Shown here piece by piece: positions 24,193 to 34,226 of a stretch of DNA of 50,647 bases (positions within the stretch are counted from its first letter, which is position 1; the number at the start of each line of letters is the position of its first letter). Position numbers and translations under genes: made by a program. Below the pieces are notes generated by a model. The model searched no databases. It saw only the letters and a list, made by a program, of their open reading frames with translations, and was not told the origin of the DNA. The stretch covers positions 1 to 50,647 of the IMG/VR virus record IMGVR_UViG_3300050138_000100. One strand, 5' to 3'. Origin of the DNA: a virus. Lineage: Duplodnaviria; Caudoviricetes.

Positions 24193-26325
24193 TTAAGTTG
24201 GCGCTCCCGGCGTGCCAGACAGCTCCAGCGTTTTCAGGTTGCGCTTGACGTCCTCGATACGTTTAGTCACGTCAGGCCTTTCAGTAGACAGCACAAACGC
24301 GATATAGTCAGGCTTATAATCGAACGCTATTACCTGCAGCACCAGACTGCTCAGATCTGCCAAATTGTAGTCAAAACTACCTTCGTCGAACTCTGCAGTG
24401 CCAAATAACGAGCCAGTAATACCGCTACTTATGCCGGTTGGCAGCAGGTTGGCGATTTTAGCAATCTTACCTAGTACCACACTTTCGATGTCGTAACCGA
24501 GATCGGCGTTTTGCGTGTTGTCGATAATTTCAACTGTTAGCTGTACAATAGGCGTCCCGCTGAACGCTGAATTAGCCAGTATCGAAGCCGTGGCGTCAGT
24601 AATTACTCGGCCATCGCTCAGCACCATAGCGTGCTCGCCGTAAGCCGTAACGCTGCTGTCTTGAGTGTACTTTTTCAGCAGCTTCACACCGCCGCCAATG
24701 TCGCCGCCGACAAAGTAAATTACGTTGACGATTTTTTCGGCCGTCTTGAGTATTGACAGGCTCTTGACTTCCTTCCCCATCGTGAACACATAGTCCGGCA
24801 GGCTGCCTTTTTGGTGCAAGTGAAACACGTTCGTGGCCTGGTCGATGTAGTAATACCAGTCTGTCGGGCAAAGTTCCAACACCTTATCCACGCACTCCTG
24901 ACCGTTGTTGACGTTAAACTGGTACGAAACGAGCGTGCCGGTATCGTCGATTGAATCAGCCGTATATGTGATCGGGCAGCCGTGCGAATGCAGGTCGTCT
25001 ATCACGCTGCGCAACATATCCGACGGGTCAACACTGCTGTAAGTCGGCTGCGTGTTGCCAGTACCAGAGTAGCTATTGAAATAAATGTCGCCGGTTATCG
25101 TGGTCCAGGCAGAAGTCGACGGGTCGTAATACTCGGTCAAGCCATTGGCGTAAACATTCGTATTTTCGTACGACAAATTGATTACTCCCGGCGGCACTGC
25201 GAAGCCAAGCGGCGAAACCCTGACCCAATACGTAGTCAGCGGCGTAATTGTCAAAATGCTCGGAAGCGTAAGCTTATACACCGTGTCAACAAGCGTATTA
25301 ACACTAATAGTCTGTGATGATAGCGGGCTGGTTTGCGCTTTAGCGTTAGCTTCGCTCGCGTACACCACCGCTTCTACTGACACCGGTGAGTACAGTGCGC
25401 TTACCAGGGCCATCTTTAATTCAATAGACGATAACGAGGTAACTCCCGCGCCGCTCTTGAATGAAAACACAGCGTCAGACGCGCCAGAACCCTTACCGGT
25501 GTTACCAATGCCTAGATAAGCGTTGCTGATATTTTGGCTCTGATCGACTAACTCGCCACTCTGCAAAACGTAGTCTTTCATCGTATAGCCGAAGCCCATC
25601 ACGTTTACGTCCACCTGGTCCTTCGTGTAGTCAGGGTTATAGTTCGAGATAAAGCCTTTGGCGTACAAAAAGCCACTCGGGCTGTCCCAATCGACAATAA
25701 ACATATGGACCTCATTGAGATAATCGACGTCGTAACCTTCGCCAAACACGTCGGCCGGCCGCGATAGCGTGATACTGACTGTCGAACCGGCACTGTTTAT
25801 TTTCTGCGCCAGCCCGAGGTCGCTGGTAACATCGTCGTCCCATGTCGTCAGGTAATTACCCATGCGATCGTAGACCTTGTAAAATACCTTCTTCGTCTGC
25901 CACAGCCCTACTACTGCCGGCGCGCTTGTGCCATCTGTCACCGTGACACTATCGGTGACGGCTTTCACAGCTCGCTTTGCTACGCTATCGGTTACGGTAA
26001 CGGAATCTGTCAGGTGCTTGACGTCAGCCTTCGTACCTACGCCGTCCGTGGCAGTAACGGAATCAGCCAGGGGTTTGACGACCTTTTTACCTACGGAATC
26101 CGTGACAGTGACGGAATCGGCTTTAGGACTTATGCCACTCTTAGCTGTGGAATCCGTGACCGTTACCGAATCAGCGACGCCTTTTACAACAGTCTTGCCG
26201 CTTACGCTGTCGCTGACTGTTACCGAATCAGTCGATAATACGGTACTCTCGTCGCGCAACAGGAAGCTTGTGCCGTCTTCTTGTAGTAACTTACTTGTGC
26301 CGTCTTCTTGTAGTAAAAAACTCAT
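24193..26325 (-). CDS. tail hub/minor tail protein with N-terminal DSVTVTD repeats
   Basis: Downstream of Dit; YKVYD...G.YL.TW and IVNVIYFVGG...SVTAYG patterns. Confidence 0.7.
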   Translation of the reverse strand: MSFLLQEDGTSKLLQEDGTSFLLRDESTVLSTDSVTVSDSVSGKTVVKGVADSVTVTDSTAKSGISPKADSVTVTDSVGKKVVKPLADSVTATDGVGTKADVKHLTDSVTVTDSVAKRAVKAVTDSVTVTDGTSAPAVVGLWQTKKVFYKVYDRMGNYLTTWDDDVTSDLGLAQKINSAGSTVSITLSRPADVFGEGYDVDYLNEVHMFIVDWDSPSGFLYAKGFISNYNPDYTKDQVDVNVMGFGYTMKDYVLQSGELVDQSQNISNAYLGIGNTGKGSGASDAVFSFKSGAGVTSLSSIELKMALVSALYSPVSVEAVVYASEANAKAQTSPLSSQTISVNTLVDTVYKLTLPSILTITPLTTYWVRVSPLGFAVPPGVINLSYENTNVYANGLTEYYDPSTSAWTTITGDIYFNSYSGTGNTQPTYSSVDPSDMLRSVIDDLHSHGCPITYTADSIDDTGTLVSYQFNVNNGQECVDKVLELCPTDWYYYIDQATNVFHLHQKGSLPDYVFTMGKEVKSLSILKTAEKIVNVIYFVGGDIGGGVKLLKKYTQDSSVTAYGEHAMVLSDGRVITDATASILANSAFSGTPIVQLTVEIIDNTQNADLGYDIESVVLGKIAKIANLLPTGISSGITGSLFGTAEFDEGSFDYNLADLSSLVLQVIAFDYKPDYIAFVLSTERPDVTKRIEDVKRNLKTLELSGTPGAPT

Positions 26326-26354
26326 GGGTTATCCCTTGCAATGGGGCAACCCAT

Positions 26355-26720
26355 TTACGCTGCTTCGTAGTCTTTAAGGCGTTCGGCTACACGCTGGGCG
26401 GCCTCTAGCTCAGTTTTACCATGTTCGCCCATCGTAGACGGATAACTAGGGCGTTCCTTCGTTGGCTGGAAATGAAAATACCACAATGTATCGTGCTCGA
26501 TAGTCTGCCCGATTGCAGCTTGAGGAAAATAAACCTGAGCGGCCGAGAGCGTAATCATTTTAGATTGATCGAAGCCATCAGGAACAATTGGCTGGTCGTT
26601 TTTGACTTCATGGTCTTTAACGACTTCCTGAGTAATTTCAGGTTGCGGTGACGCCTGCTCAATCCGAACACTATTATCTTCCGGGTTTGCTGCAATTTTT
26701 AATAATTCTTCTGCTGTCAT
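26355..26720 (-). CDS. hypothetical protein (tail region)
   Basis: AAGGAG RBS. Confidence 0.65.
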   Translation of the reverse strand: MTAEELLKIAANPEDNSVRIEQASPQPEITQEVVKDHEVKNDQPIVPDGFDQSKMITLSAAQVYFPQAAIGQTIEHDTLWYFHFQPTKERPSYPSTMGEHGKTELEAAQRVAERLKDYEAA

Positions 26721-26729
26721 AATATCTCC

Positions 26730-27254
26730 TTATGCTATTTCGTAAAAGCCTTCTACTAGAATCTTATGTCCGTTACCCCAGGTGAAGGGTGTAGTAGACG
26801 TAACCGCTCCTTCGTCAACGTTAATGTCCCAGGTCATCAACCTGGCTGTAGTTGTAGTAAGCCATTTAACAAACAGCGCCCTGGCACCCGAGCCACTGTT
26901 GGCCTGACCTTGAGCGATCGGAAGGTCGGCAGCCGGGGTTGCAGTCGAAGTGATCGGTAAGGAAAAGTTTGGATTGGTGCTCATCGACGAGGTACTCCCT
27001 AGCGTTGTGACAACCCTAAAAAATACGGTTTTACCGATTTGCATATATTTAGCGTCGTTTGTGCCGTTGCCAAGCGTGAAGTTAGCCCAGGTTGGCGTCC
27101 AGGCTTGCCAGGCCCCACCGAGACCTAGAGCAAGCTGCGCTAGAGTTACTTTACGGTTAGTCGGCGTCCCCAGCGGGTCATCGACCGTTGCGACCAAGTC
27201 GTCGGAAGTAGGCGTAGGGTCAGCTGTCAGGCCAGTTATTTTGCTATCAGGCAT
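26730..27254 (-). CDS. short fibre/adhesin protein, C-terminal domain paralogous to 40720..41784
   Basis: MPDSKITGL...TNRKVTL; WTPTW...KYMQIGKTVF...FSLP. Confidence 0.7.
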   Translation of the reverse strand: MPDSKITGLTADPTPTSDDLVATVDDPLGTPTNRKVTLAQLALGLGGAWQAWTPTWANFTLGNGTNDAKYMQIGKTVFFRVVTTLGSTSSMSTNPNFSLPITSTATPAADLPIAQGQANSGSGARALFVKWLTTTTARLMTWDINVDEGAVTSTTPFTWGNGHKILVEGFYEIA

Positions 27255-27285
27255 ATGTTCTCCTTACGAAAATTATACCACTTCA

Positions 27286-28062
27286 TTACAGGAACTCCCG
27301 GTAATACTGAGCGTTAATATCAACATTTCGGGCCGTGAAGCTATCTGAATAAGCCGGCGAATCGACATTTGGCCGGAAGACCGGAAACACGCCGTTATAA
27401 TCAACGGCCACGTCATTAACGCGCGCGATCTTGCGCTTGCAGTCAAGCATAACGATGTCGCCGGGCGCCCAATCAGTTTTCGTAATAGTCAAACTCTGGC
27501 CGTTCAGCGAGTTAAAAAACGTCATCGTCCGCTCGCCGCTGCCGGTGAAGCTATTCAGCGTTATGCGTATCAACGGCTTGCTCGGCGCGCTGCCGCCAAA
27601 CATCGTAGCCAGTATGTGGCCCGTAGTCGTAACCGCGGTCTCGCTATAATTCGATTGCGTCGTTTCAATGCCAAACGGATAGCCGGCCGTGAATACTAGG
27701 CTGACTGCCGCCTTGCCAGCCTCGATATGGCTGTGGACGATGTTATTCAGGCTGCAGATGTATTGCCTGGTCTGCCCGCTTTGAGCAAGTACCAGGCTGG
27801 CGTTTATAGCGGTTGTCAGCGTTTTCAACGTGTCCAGGGTTATCTCGTACGTCGCGCGGTCCGTGGCTACGATATAGCCTTCCAGAATCAGCCCTTTCGC
27901 GCCAAACCTCTTGCCGGTAACTGCTTGGCCGTCTTGCCGGGCCATGTCGTAAGCCAGCAATGTGATCGTCGGCAATTCGTTCGGGTAGCGCCGGCTCAGC
28001 ACAAAGTTCGGTATTGTCGATAGATCGTTGCCGTCAAATACTGCCGAAAAGTCGTTTTCCAT
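27286..28062 (-). CDS. distal tail protein (Dit)
   Basis: Follows the tape measure gene; FDG...G.SAPSKPLIRIT...GDIVMLDC pattern. Confidence 0.75.
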   Translation of the reverse strand: MENDFSAVFDGNDLSTIPNFVLSRRYPNELPTITLLAYDMARQDGQAVTGKRFGAKGLILEGYIVATDRATYEITLDTLKTLTTAINASLVLAQSGQTRQYICSLNNIVHSHIEAGKAAVSLVFTAGYPFGIETTQSNYSETAVTTTGHILATMFGGSAPSKPLIRITLNSFTGSGERTMTFFNSLNGQSLTITKTDWAPGDIVMLDCKRKIARVNDVAVDYNGVFPVFRPNVDSPAYSDSFTARNVDINAQYYREFL

Positions 28063-30953
28063 CAGATCAACCCCCCCGCCAACGTCGACGTAATACCCTT
28101 ATCGGCCAGCTCCTGATTGCGCGCGATGATACCAAGTATGCGACCGTCGTCAGTGCTGTTATTGCCAACCGTCACGGGACCATGAAAATTAGTCACTGAA
28201 CCGCCGCCGGCAGCGCTGCCGCCAGGAGCAATGCCGCCTCTCGTGCCTATAGCCACCGGCCCGGCCACCATGCCGGCGAGCCCGGCCGAAGCCGTCGCGA
28301 CCAGCCCGGCATTCTTCGTGATACCAAGCGCCAGCCCTTGCACTGTGTTCAGGCCGTAGCCTTCCATCAACGTCGACGGCGAGTGAATACCCAAGACTTT
28401 CAGTATCGGGCCCGGCACGTTGTCCTTAATGAAGCCCGTGACATCGCTAGCCAGCTTACCGCCCATGCCTTTAATGCCGTTGATAAAGCCTGTTATCAAG
28501 TCCTTGCCGGCGTCGACCAGCCAGCCTATAGCGCCAGACACAGCGCTTTTAACTGTTTTTTCAATACCGCCAACTACGCCAAGCATTTTACCGATCGCGC
28601 CGCTGACTGCGTTGTAAATGGCGTCCCAAATCCCGGCCACAAAGCCATAGACGGCGTTGAACACACCTGTCACCACATTCCAAATCGCTGACACCACCAT
28701 GCTGACGTTGGCATATAAATTATTCCAGCGCTCAATCATAAAGTCGACGATGGCGTGAATGATGGCCCACAAGAAATTATGAATCGCCGTATGCACGGCA
28801 ACAATGAAGTTCCAAATTGCCGTAAAGACGCTGACCACGACGCCCCAAATAGCCTGCACCGGCCCGGCGACGGCGTTATAAATGGCGTTCCACGTCACAA
28901 TCATAATCGCTAGGGCCAGCCCAATCACGTAGCCCACGACGTGATACACCAGATCTAAGTACGCGCTGACCACTGTATAAATGGCGTTCCAGACGGCCGT
29001 GACTATAGCAGCCGTCAGCTGCAACGCCGTCTTCACCATGATATAGGCTCCCATAAAGAACGCGCCTATGACTAAGACGATCGTCTTCACGATGTCGAAC
29101 ATGGCCTTGAACGCCACAATAACTACTTTTATTAACAGCGCCGCCACGTCGATATTGATTTTGTAAAAATCTGCCAGCAGCCTGATGACATCGCCAATGA
29201 ACGGAGCGATAACTTCTAAGACTTTACTGAACACTACCAGCGCCGCCACGGCTAGAGCCAACGGCGTTAGCAGCGCCACGCCTATAACGATAGCGATATC
29301 CTTCAAGTACGGCCTGATCGGCTCCAGCGCGTGCATTAGCGTCATAAACGCACTGCCTAGCGTGTCCAGGGCGGGCCTGAGAGCCTTCCCTATGCTGTCT
29401 GCCGCTTCTTTGAGCGCCGTCAGTAGATTATTGGCAATATACTCGACAATCGGCTTCATGATACTGTAGGCTGTCTGAAACGCCGGCCCGATATCCTTAA
29501 CGGCGTGCTGAATGTCCAGGCTCACGGTCTGCACTACAGCCATGTCCTGCGAAAACTGACGCCATTTCGGGCTGATGTTCACCGTCGGGTCATCGCCCAA
29601 CAAAGCTGCCATCAGGATTTTGCCGGCCTCAACTATATCCTTGAAAGCGTGCTGAATGTCCAGCGCTACCGTCTGGACTGGCGCTAAGTCTCTAGCAAAC
29701 TGTCTCCATTTCGGCGATATATTGACGGTCGGGTCATCGCCGAGCAGGGCAGCGAACAAAATCTTGAAAGCTGTGATTACGTCATTTACCGGGCCCTTGA
29801 TATCCTTCATAACCTTGCCCCAGCCGCCAAACTTCTGCACCAGCACTTCAACGATCGCGCCGATCGCCATAGCGCCTAAAATGAACGGCGCCAGCGCCAG
29901 CGCGCTTTCAATGAACGTGACAACCAGCGGCGCCATAGCCGCGACCAGCGCGCCCACCCCGAGCACCGCCAGCCCTATGAACGCGCCCTCGACAGCCGTC
30001 AGCAACAACTTATGCGTAATAATGAACGCACCGACGGTCTCCAGCACATGACCGACGTCAATCATAGCGTTCTGAAACATCTTGACAGCGCCCATCGACA
30101 GCTCGATCATCGTCTTCTCGATTACGGCCAGCTTGCCCTGATACGTCTGCGTGGCAGCGGCAGCCTTGCCGTTGATCACGTCGGCCAGATCGGACAGATA
30201 GAGCTTCTGTGCCGCCGCCACGCCGCTGACCTTTTCCATCTGCTTGATTTGCTCCGTTTGTGCCGCGCTAAACGCGATACCGAGGCGCGTCAGTGACGTA
30301 ACGCCTTTGGCCGGGTCTTCCAGCGCCTTACCGAGCATTTTCGAAGCCAGCGACGTATCTTGCAGGCTCGGTATGGCCCGGCCTTTAACGTTCGCCATAG
30401 CCGTCGCTACGTTGTCGATCTGCTTGGCAGCCATCGGGAATACGTCCTTGCCAATAGCCGTGTAATTCATCAGCGTATTCTCAGCTGCCAAGTTCTGCGC
30501 CGCCGTGACGGTCGTGCCTTTAGCTGTCGATTCCGCCATCGCTTCCAACTGCGTAATGTTCAACCCTAGCGCTTGGTTATTACCCTTAATCGTGTTCGTG
30601 ATCTGCGCCGCCGCGTTGTTATACAGGTTCGTGTCTTTGACAGCTCCACCTATAATCGTCTTGATACCTTCGTAGCCAATGAACAGCGCGGCCAGCGGAG
30701 CCAGTGTTTTCAGCATACTGCCGCCGAGCAGGTCGAAACCGCCAGCACCTTCGGCAGCCGCCGCGCCACCAGCCCGGGCTTCACCCCCGCCAGCCGCTAC
30801 TTGCGCGCCACCGGCTTCAACCTTGTTGCCAGTTACACCGGCCGTAACCCCGAGATCGGCCATACCAGCCCGGGCAGCAGCAATGCTAGCAGTAAACTCG
30901 GTCGTATTCAGAACAAGGTTAGAGTAAACTGAGCCAAGAAACACATCAGCCAT
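28062..30953 (-). CDS. tape measure protein
   Basis: 963 aa, Ala/Ile/Val-rich helices, Trp-periodic repeats, LGKALEDP..G...L.RLG and LGIHSPS motifs. Confidence 0.9.
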   Translation of the reverse strand: MADVFLGSVYSNLVLNTTEFTASIAAARAGMADLGVTAGVTGNKVEAGGAQVAAGGGEARAGGAAAAEGAGGFDLLGGSMLKTLAPLAALFIGYEGIKTIIGGAVKDTNLYNNAAAQITNTIKGNNQALGLNITQLEAMAESTAKGTTVTAAQNLAAENTLMNYTAIGKDVFPMAAKQIDNVATAMANVKGRAIPSLQDTSLASKMLGKALEDPAKGVTSLTRLGIAFSAAQTEQIKQMEKVSGVAAAQKLYLSDLADVINGKAAAATQTYQGKLAVIEKTMIELSMGAVKMFQNAMIDVGHVLETVGAFIITHKLLLTAVEGAFIGLAVLGVGALVAAMAPLVVTFIESALALAPFILGAMAIGAIVEVLVQKFGGWGKVMKDIKGPVNDVITAFKILFAALLGDDPTVNISPKWRQFARDLAPVQTVALDIQHAFKDIVEAGKILMAALLGDDPTVNISPKWRQFSQDMAVVQTVSLDIQHAVKDIGPAFQTAYSIMKPIVEYIANNLLTALKEAADSIGKALRPALDTLGSAFMTLMHALEPIRPYLKDIAIVIGVALLTPLALAVAALVVFSKVLEVIAPFIGDVIRLLADFYKINIDVAALLIKVVIVAFKAMFDIVKTIVLVIGAFFMGAYIMVKTALQLTAAIVTAVWNAIYTVVSAYLDLVYHVVGYVIGLALAIMIVTWNAIYNAVAGPVQAIWGVVVSVFTAIWNFIVAVHTAIHNFLWAIIHAIVDFMIERWNNLYANVSMVVSAIWNVVTGVFNAVYGFVAGIWDAIYNAVSGAIGKMLGVVGGIEKTVKSAVSGAIGWLVDAGKDLITGFINGIKGMGGKLASDVTGFIKDNVPGPILKVLGIHSPSTLMEGYGLNTVQGLALGITKNAGLVATASAGLAGMVAGPVAIGTRGGIAPGGSAAGGGSVTNFHGPVTVGNNSTDDGRILGIIARNQELADKGITSTLAGGLI

Positions 30954-31305
30954 TTATAATTACTCCACTCCCGCCGAGCGCTCGCAGCACTTCGGCTAAT
31001 TCCGGTTGCTTTGGCGCCTGGCCTTCATCTGCGAAGTCTTCCGGTCGCTTATAAAGCGGAATCGGCAGTGGCGGTTCATCAATATTTCTAGCACCGTTCG
31101 ATCTCATAATTCCTACCATATACCTTTTGATCTCGTGCAACATATCGGCGTCGTGCTCCTTGTCGCCTAAATAGCCTCTATAGGCTATTCCCAAGTCCAG
31201 CCGTAACGCGTCATATTCGCTTAGGTCAAAGAAATCGCTCGGACGTCGGCCTGGATAGCGCCGACACAGGACGTCAAGCAGGAATGCCTGATTGCTGACT
31301 ACGAA
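30946..31305 (-). CDS. tail assembly chaperone frameshift extension (GT-like)
   Basis: Open +1 frame overlapping the chaperone end and abutting the tape measure gene. Confidence 0.6.
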   Translation of the reverse strand, partial: FVVSNQAFLLDVLCRRYPGRRPSDFFDLSEYDALRLDLGIAYRGYLGDKEHDADMLHEIKRYMVGIMRSNGARNIDEPPLPIPLYKRPEDFADEGQAPKQPELAEVLRALGGSGVIING

Positions 31306-31765
31306 ATTTGGCGTTTTCATCTGCGCCACCCTGTACGTATTCAACAATCGCGCGGACATCGGCGTCGTCCAGATCGTCAAAAGCGATCTCGCCATTCGCG
31401 TAATCGGGCGTTGCACCGTCAGCAACTACCTTCGGGTTTACCAGCGCGGTCCTGGCTACGATCGTCGAGAACTCCACGACCTTCGCTAACTCTTGCGTAG
31501 ATAACTTTGTACTTATTTTGCCACCAGCTGCCGCAGCTTGAGCGTCAGCACTCTGGATAGCCGAGGCTACATCGCTCGGGATTTGACCGGTTGTCATCAT
31601 CTTACGAACGCTGGGCTTTCTTACTAAAACAGACAAACCGCTAGGCAGCGTTATAACTTCGCCTGTCTCGCGTGCTTGCCTTGATTTTTCGAACTCTGCT
31701 GCCGAACTAACCTGGGGCTGTTCGGCTGGGGTCGTATTTTCGGGCTTGTCTTCCGTACTCATCAC
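31274..31765 (-). CDS. tail assembly chaperone
   Basis: Between the major tail and tape measure genes; ITLPSG...LVNPK...DDLDDAD. Confidence 0.75.
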   Translation of the reverse strand: MMSTEDKPENTTPAEQPQVSSAAEFEKSRQARETGEVITLPSGLSVLVRKPSVRKMMTTGQIPSDVASAIQSADAQAAAAGGKISTKLSTQELAKVVEFSTIVARTALVNPKVVADGATPDYANGEIAFDDLDDADVRAIVEYVQGGADENAKFRSQQSGIPA

Positions 31766-31780
31766 GATCTCCTTCCGTAT

Positions 31781-32308
31781 TTAGTTAATGTTCAGTGTCG
31801 CTACCCGCGTACTCGCTAACGCAACACCCAAAATATCTTTGGTTGTCTGGTACGCCGTACCGTCGAACTCGACCGACAATTCCTTGCCGTTACTGCTCGT
31901 GACAGTAGTCATTCTCAACTGTACCTTGTGCCAGGTCTTAGTCACAACCCGCGCACTGTTCGTGTCGCCATCAACAGCGGTAATCTGACCACTGACTTCA
32001 ACAAATGGCGGGCTCATTTCGCTGGTTGTACCAAGCGCAACCTGCGAGCCACCATTTGAGCTCGAGAGCGCGTTGCCGGTGATCGCTTGAATCGCGTCCA
32101 TATCAACAGCGTTGGCGATGATTTTCATGTCTTCTACTCGATTACTCGAAAAGACAGCCTTTACTGTGTCGTCACCGTCGACAGTCACATCGTTCTGTTT
32201 CGGCGTGCCGGCCATCTCTATGATGGCTTCGATATCGTGAACAACACCGTCGTTCGTCCGAATCGAGCCATTAATTAAGCCAGCGCCGTATGCTTTGTTA
32301 AAAGCCAT
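31781..32308 (-). CDS. major tail (tube) protein
   Basis: Position, size and beta-rich sequence with VDGDD. Confidence 0.7.
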   Translation of the reverse strand: MAFNKAYGAGLINGSIRTNDGVVHDIEAIIEMAGTPKQNDVTVDGDDTVKAVFSSNRVEDMKIIANAVDMDAIQAITGNALSSSNGGSQVALGTTSEMSPPFVEVSGQITAVDGDTNSARVVTKTWHKVQLRMTTVTSSNGKELSVEFDGTAYQTTKDILGVALASTRVATLNIN

Positions 32309-32342
32309 ATGCTACTCCCCTGCTTTACCTGCGCCTGGTGTT

Positions 32343-32804
32343 CTATGCCAGTCGCAGCATTTCAAACTGTGCTTCCCGATACGGTAAATTGAACGCCTGA
32401 TCGGTTAGCTCGGCGGAACTACCCAGGTAGACCGTCTGGACGCTTACGGAGCTATCCAGCGTAAACGACTGCCTATGCAGCAGGTCGATTACCCGTGACA
32501 GGATTTCGTCGATTGAGACATACGTCTTGTCACTGGCATTATAGCACCTTATGAACAAACTTTGTGCAAACAAGCGACTGACGCTTTTATTCAAGCCGGC
32601 GTTAACATCAGCGCTTAGCTGGAACGTCAATGCCGGCAATATAATATTTTTCGGGTTGAACTGGTTAACTGGCACTATGCTGTTGCTCGAAAGCTTGCGA
32701 CCCTTGAGCGACTGCCAGTTGCTGTTTGCCGGCAGTAGAGCCATCAGCTGCTCATCGGCTATCAAATGGTCGAAAAAGACCTGGCGTATTTCGTTCGTAT
32801 TCAT
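32343..32804 (-). CDS. tail terminator/completion protein
   Basis: Position; LIADEQLMALL...PALTF...RVIDLLH. Confidence 0.65.
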   Translation of the reverse strand: MNTNEIRQVFFDHLIADEQLMALLPANSNWQSLKGRKLSSNSIVPVNQFNPKNIILPALTFQLSADVNAGLNKSVSRLFAQSLFIRCYNASDKTYVSIDEILSRVIDLLHRQSFTLDSSVSVQTVYLGSSAELTDQAFNLPYREAQFEMLRLA

Positions 32805-33139
32805 AGTGTTAACACCCTTTGCAAGTCACGAAGCAGCTGATATTTCGCCTGGTCGACGGTCGGCTGGATAACCCGGAATCGGCCGCCAAACGACAGCTCC
32901 AAATACACGCCGTAGTCGACGCCAATGCCAATGCTCACCGTTATAATGCCACCGTTATCGCTAAACTCGTAGTGAATCGAGCGCCGGGCGTTGCCGGTCT
33001 GGTCCTGCCAGGGCGCGTCGCCGTGCGCTTGCGTTTCCATGCGGCCGCCCGTAGCTTCCATAATCACGGCGGCATTAACGGCAACCCGCTCGGCCAGGGC
33101 CACCATTTTGTCCATAACTTCGGCATTCTTAAAATCCAT
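32801..33139 (-). CDS. HK97 gp10-like neck protein
   Basis: APWQDQTGNARRSI...GVDYGVYLEL; start moved to ATG 33139. Confidence 0.8.
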   Translation of the reverse strand: MDFKNAEVMDKMVALAERVAVNAAVIMEATGGRMETQAHGDAPWQDQTGNARRSIHYEFSDNGGIITVSIGIGVDYGVYLELSFGGRFRVIQPTVDQAKYQLLRDLQRVLTL

Positions 33140-33498
33140 CAGTCTGCATTGTCCTTTAACTGCACTTGCGTCATTTTGCCTTCTTTGACGATGTAAGACA
33201 CCATCATTCGCTTCATACCGTAACGCGGGTCCAGAAAGTACCAAAAATCACGTAGCTTCACGTCCGCGTTATCGGTCAGGCCGACAAAATCCGGCGAGTT
33301 GCGCTTATAAATATCTATCCGGGCGTACAAGCTGTGCGAGTATTCCAGCCCTGCTACTTCGTTATCGAAGCCCGGGTTGGCGTTGACCTGCGTGCCGCGC
33401 ATGACAGTCACACGCACCGCGTTCTGATCGTTGGCAATATCCATCAGTTCGAGCTCTCGCTGCTGATCGTCACCGACGTACGAGATTACATCAACCAT
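33139..33498 (-). CDS. head closure protein (putative)
   Basis: Position between the adaptor and the gp10-like gene. Confidence 0.55.
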   Translation of the reverse strand: MVDVISYVGDDQQRELELMDIANDQNAVRVTVMRGTQVNANPGFDNEVAGLEYSHSLYARIDIYKRNSPDFVGLTDNADVKLRDFWYFLDPRYGMKRMMVSYIVKEGKMTQVQLKDNAD

Positions 33499-33500
33499 CG

Positions 33501-34085
33501 CTAGTAGCCTCGGCGCGACGGGAACCTGGTTATATCACGGCGCTGGTAGCGGCGGTTCAGGTAGCCGGTATTCTTACGACTGCGTATGCGCACCTGGCCG
33601 CCCGGGAATGGGCCGTCCGGCTCGTCGCCCATTGCCTCGTACTGCTTTACTAGGGCTTGCAGGTTAGCGAACACCTGTGACTTCTTGACCTGCGTCTGGC
33701 CTTGCACGTAATCATAAAACCTAGCCGACCCGGCCAGCAACTCGTACAAACACTCCAGCACAGCCGGAATAAAGCCGCCGGCGTCGATCAGCGCGCTTAT
33801 TTCGTCGTCAGTATAGGCGCTGTACTGATAGCTTATTTTCAGTAAGTCGTCGCTCGTTATGGAAACGGAATCATCAATAATAATTATGCCGGACGGCGCG
33901 TTGACGGTGTAATCGGTGTTAAGCGTCAGCTGAGTGCCATTCTTATCGACCTCTATTGCTGTGATATTGCTGTACTTCAAATCATATAGGCTGTTGGCGC
34001 TGTCGCCCTGGACCTGCTCGACGTTCGGGCGAAGCGCGTCGCCAATGCGTCGCCGTAGCTTGTCGATCTCTGCCTGTATTGCCAT
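33501..34085 (-). CDS. head-tail adaptor with inserted beta domain
   Basis: IDKLRRRIGD...YTDDEISALID; insert NGTQLTLNTDYTVNAPSGIII. Confidence 0.65.
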   Translation of the reverse strand: MAIQAEIDKLRRRIGDALRPNVEQVQGDSANSLYDLKYSNITAIEVDKNGTQLTLNTDYTVNAPSGIIIIDDSVSITSDDLLKISYQYSAYTDDEISALIDAGGFIPAVLECLYELLAGSARFYDYVQGQTQVKKSQVFANLQALVKQYEAMGDEPDGPFPGGQVRIRSRKNTGYLNRRYQRRDITRFPSRRGY

Positions 34086-34214
34086 CTAATTGCTCCCTGC
34101 GACAACGGCCGCGATAACAGCGGCAGCAGCCTTAGCGTTCGGCTTTTTAACCACTGGCACGGACGGGCGGGCCGGCGTGATCGTCGCAACGCGTGATTGC
34201 TGTCGTACGTTCAT
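34086..34214 (-). CDS. 42-aa ORF whose TAG is followed directly by the next ATG, in frame
   Basis: GAGG RBS; MNVRQQSRVATITPARPSVPVVKKPNAKAAAVIAAVVAGSN*. Confidence 0.5.
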   Translation of the reverse strand: MNVRQQSRVATITPARPSVPVVKKPNAKAAAAVIAAVVAGSN

Positions 34215-34226
34215 GCCCTCATTGTA

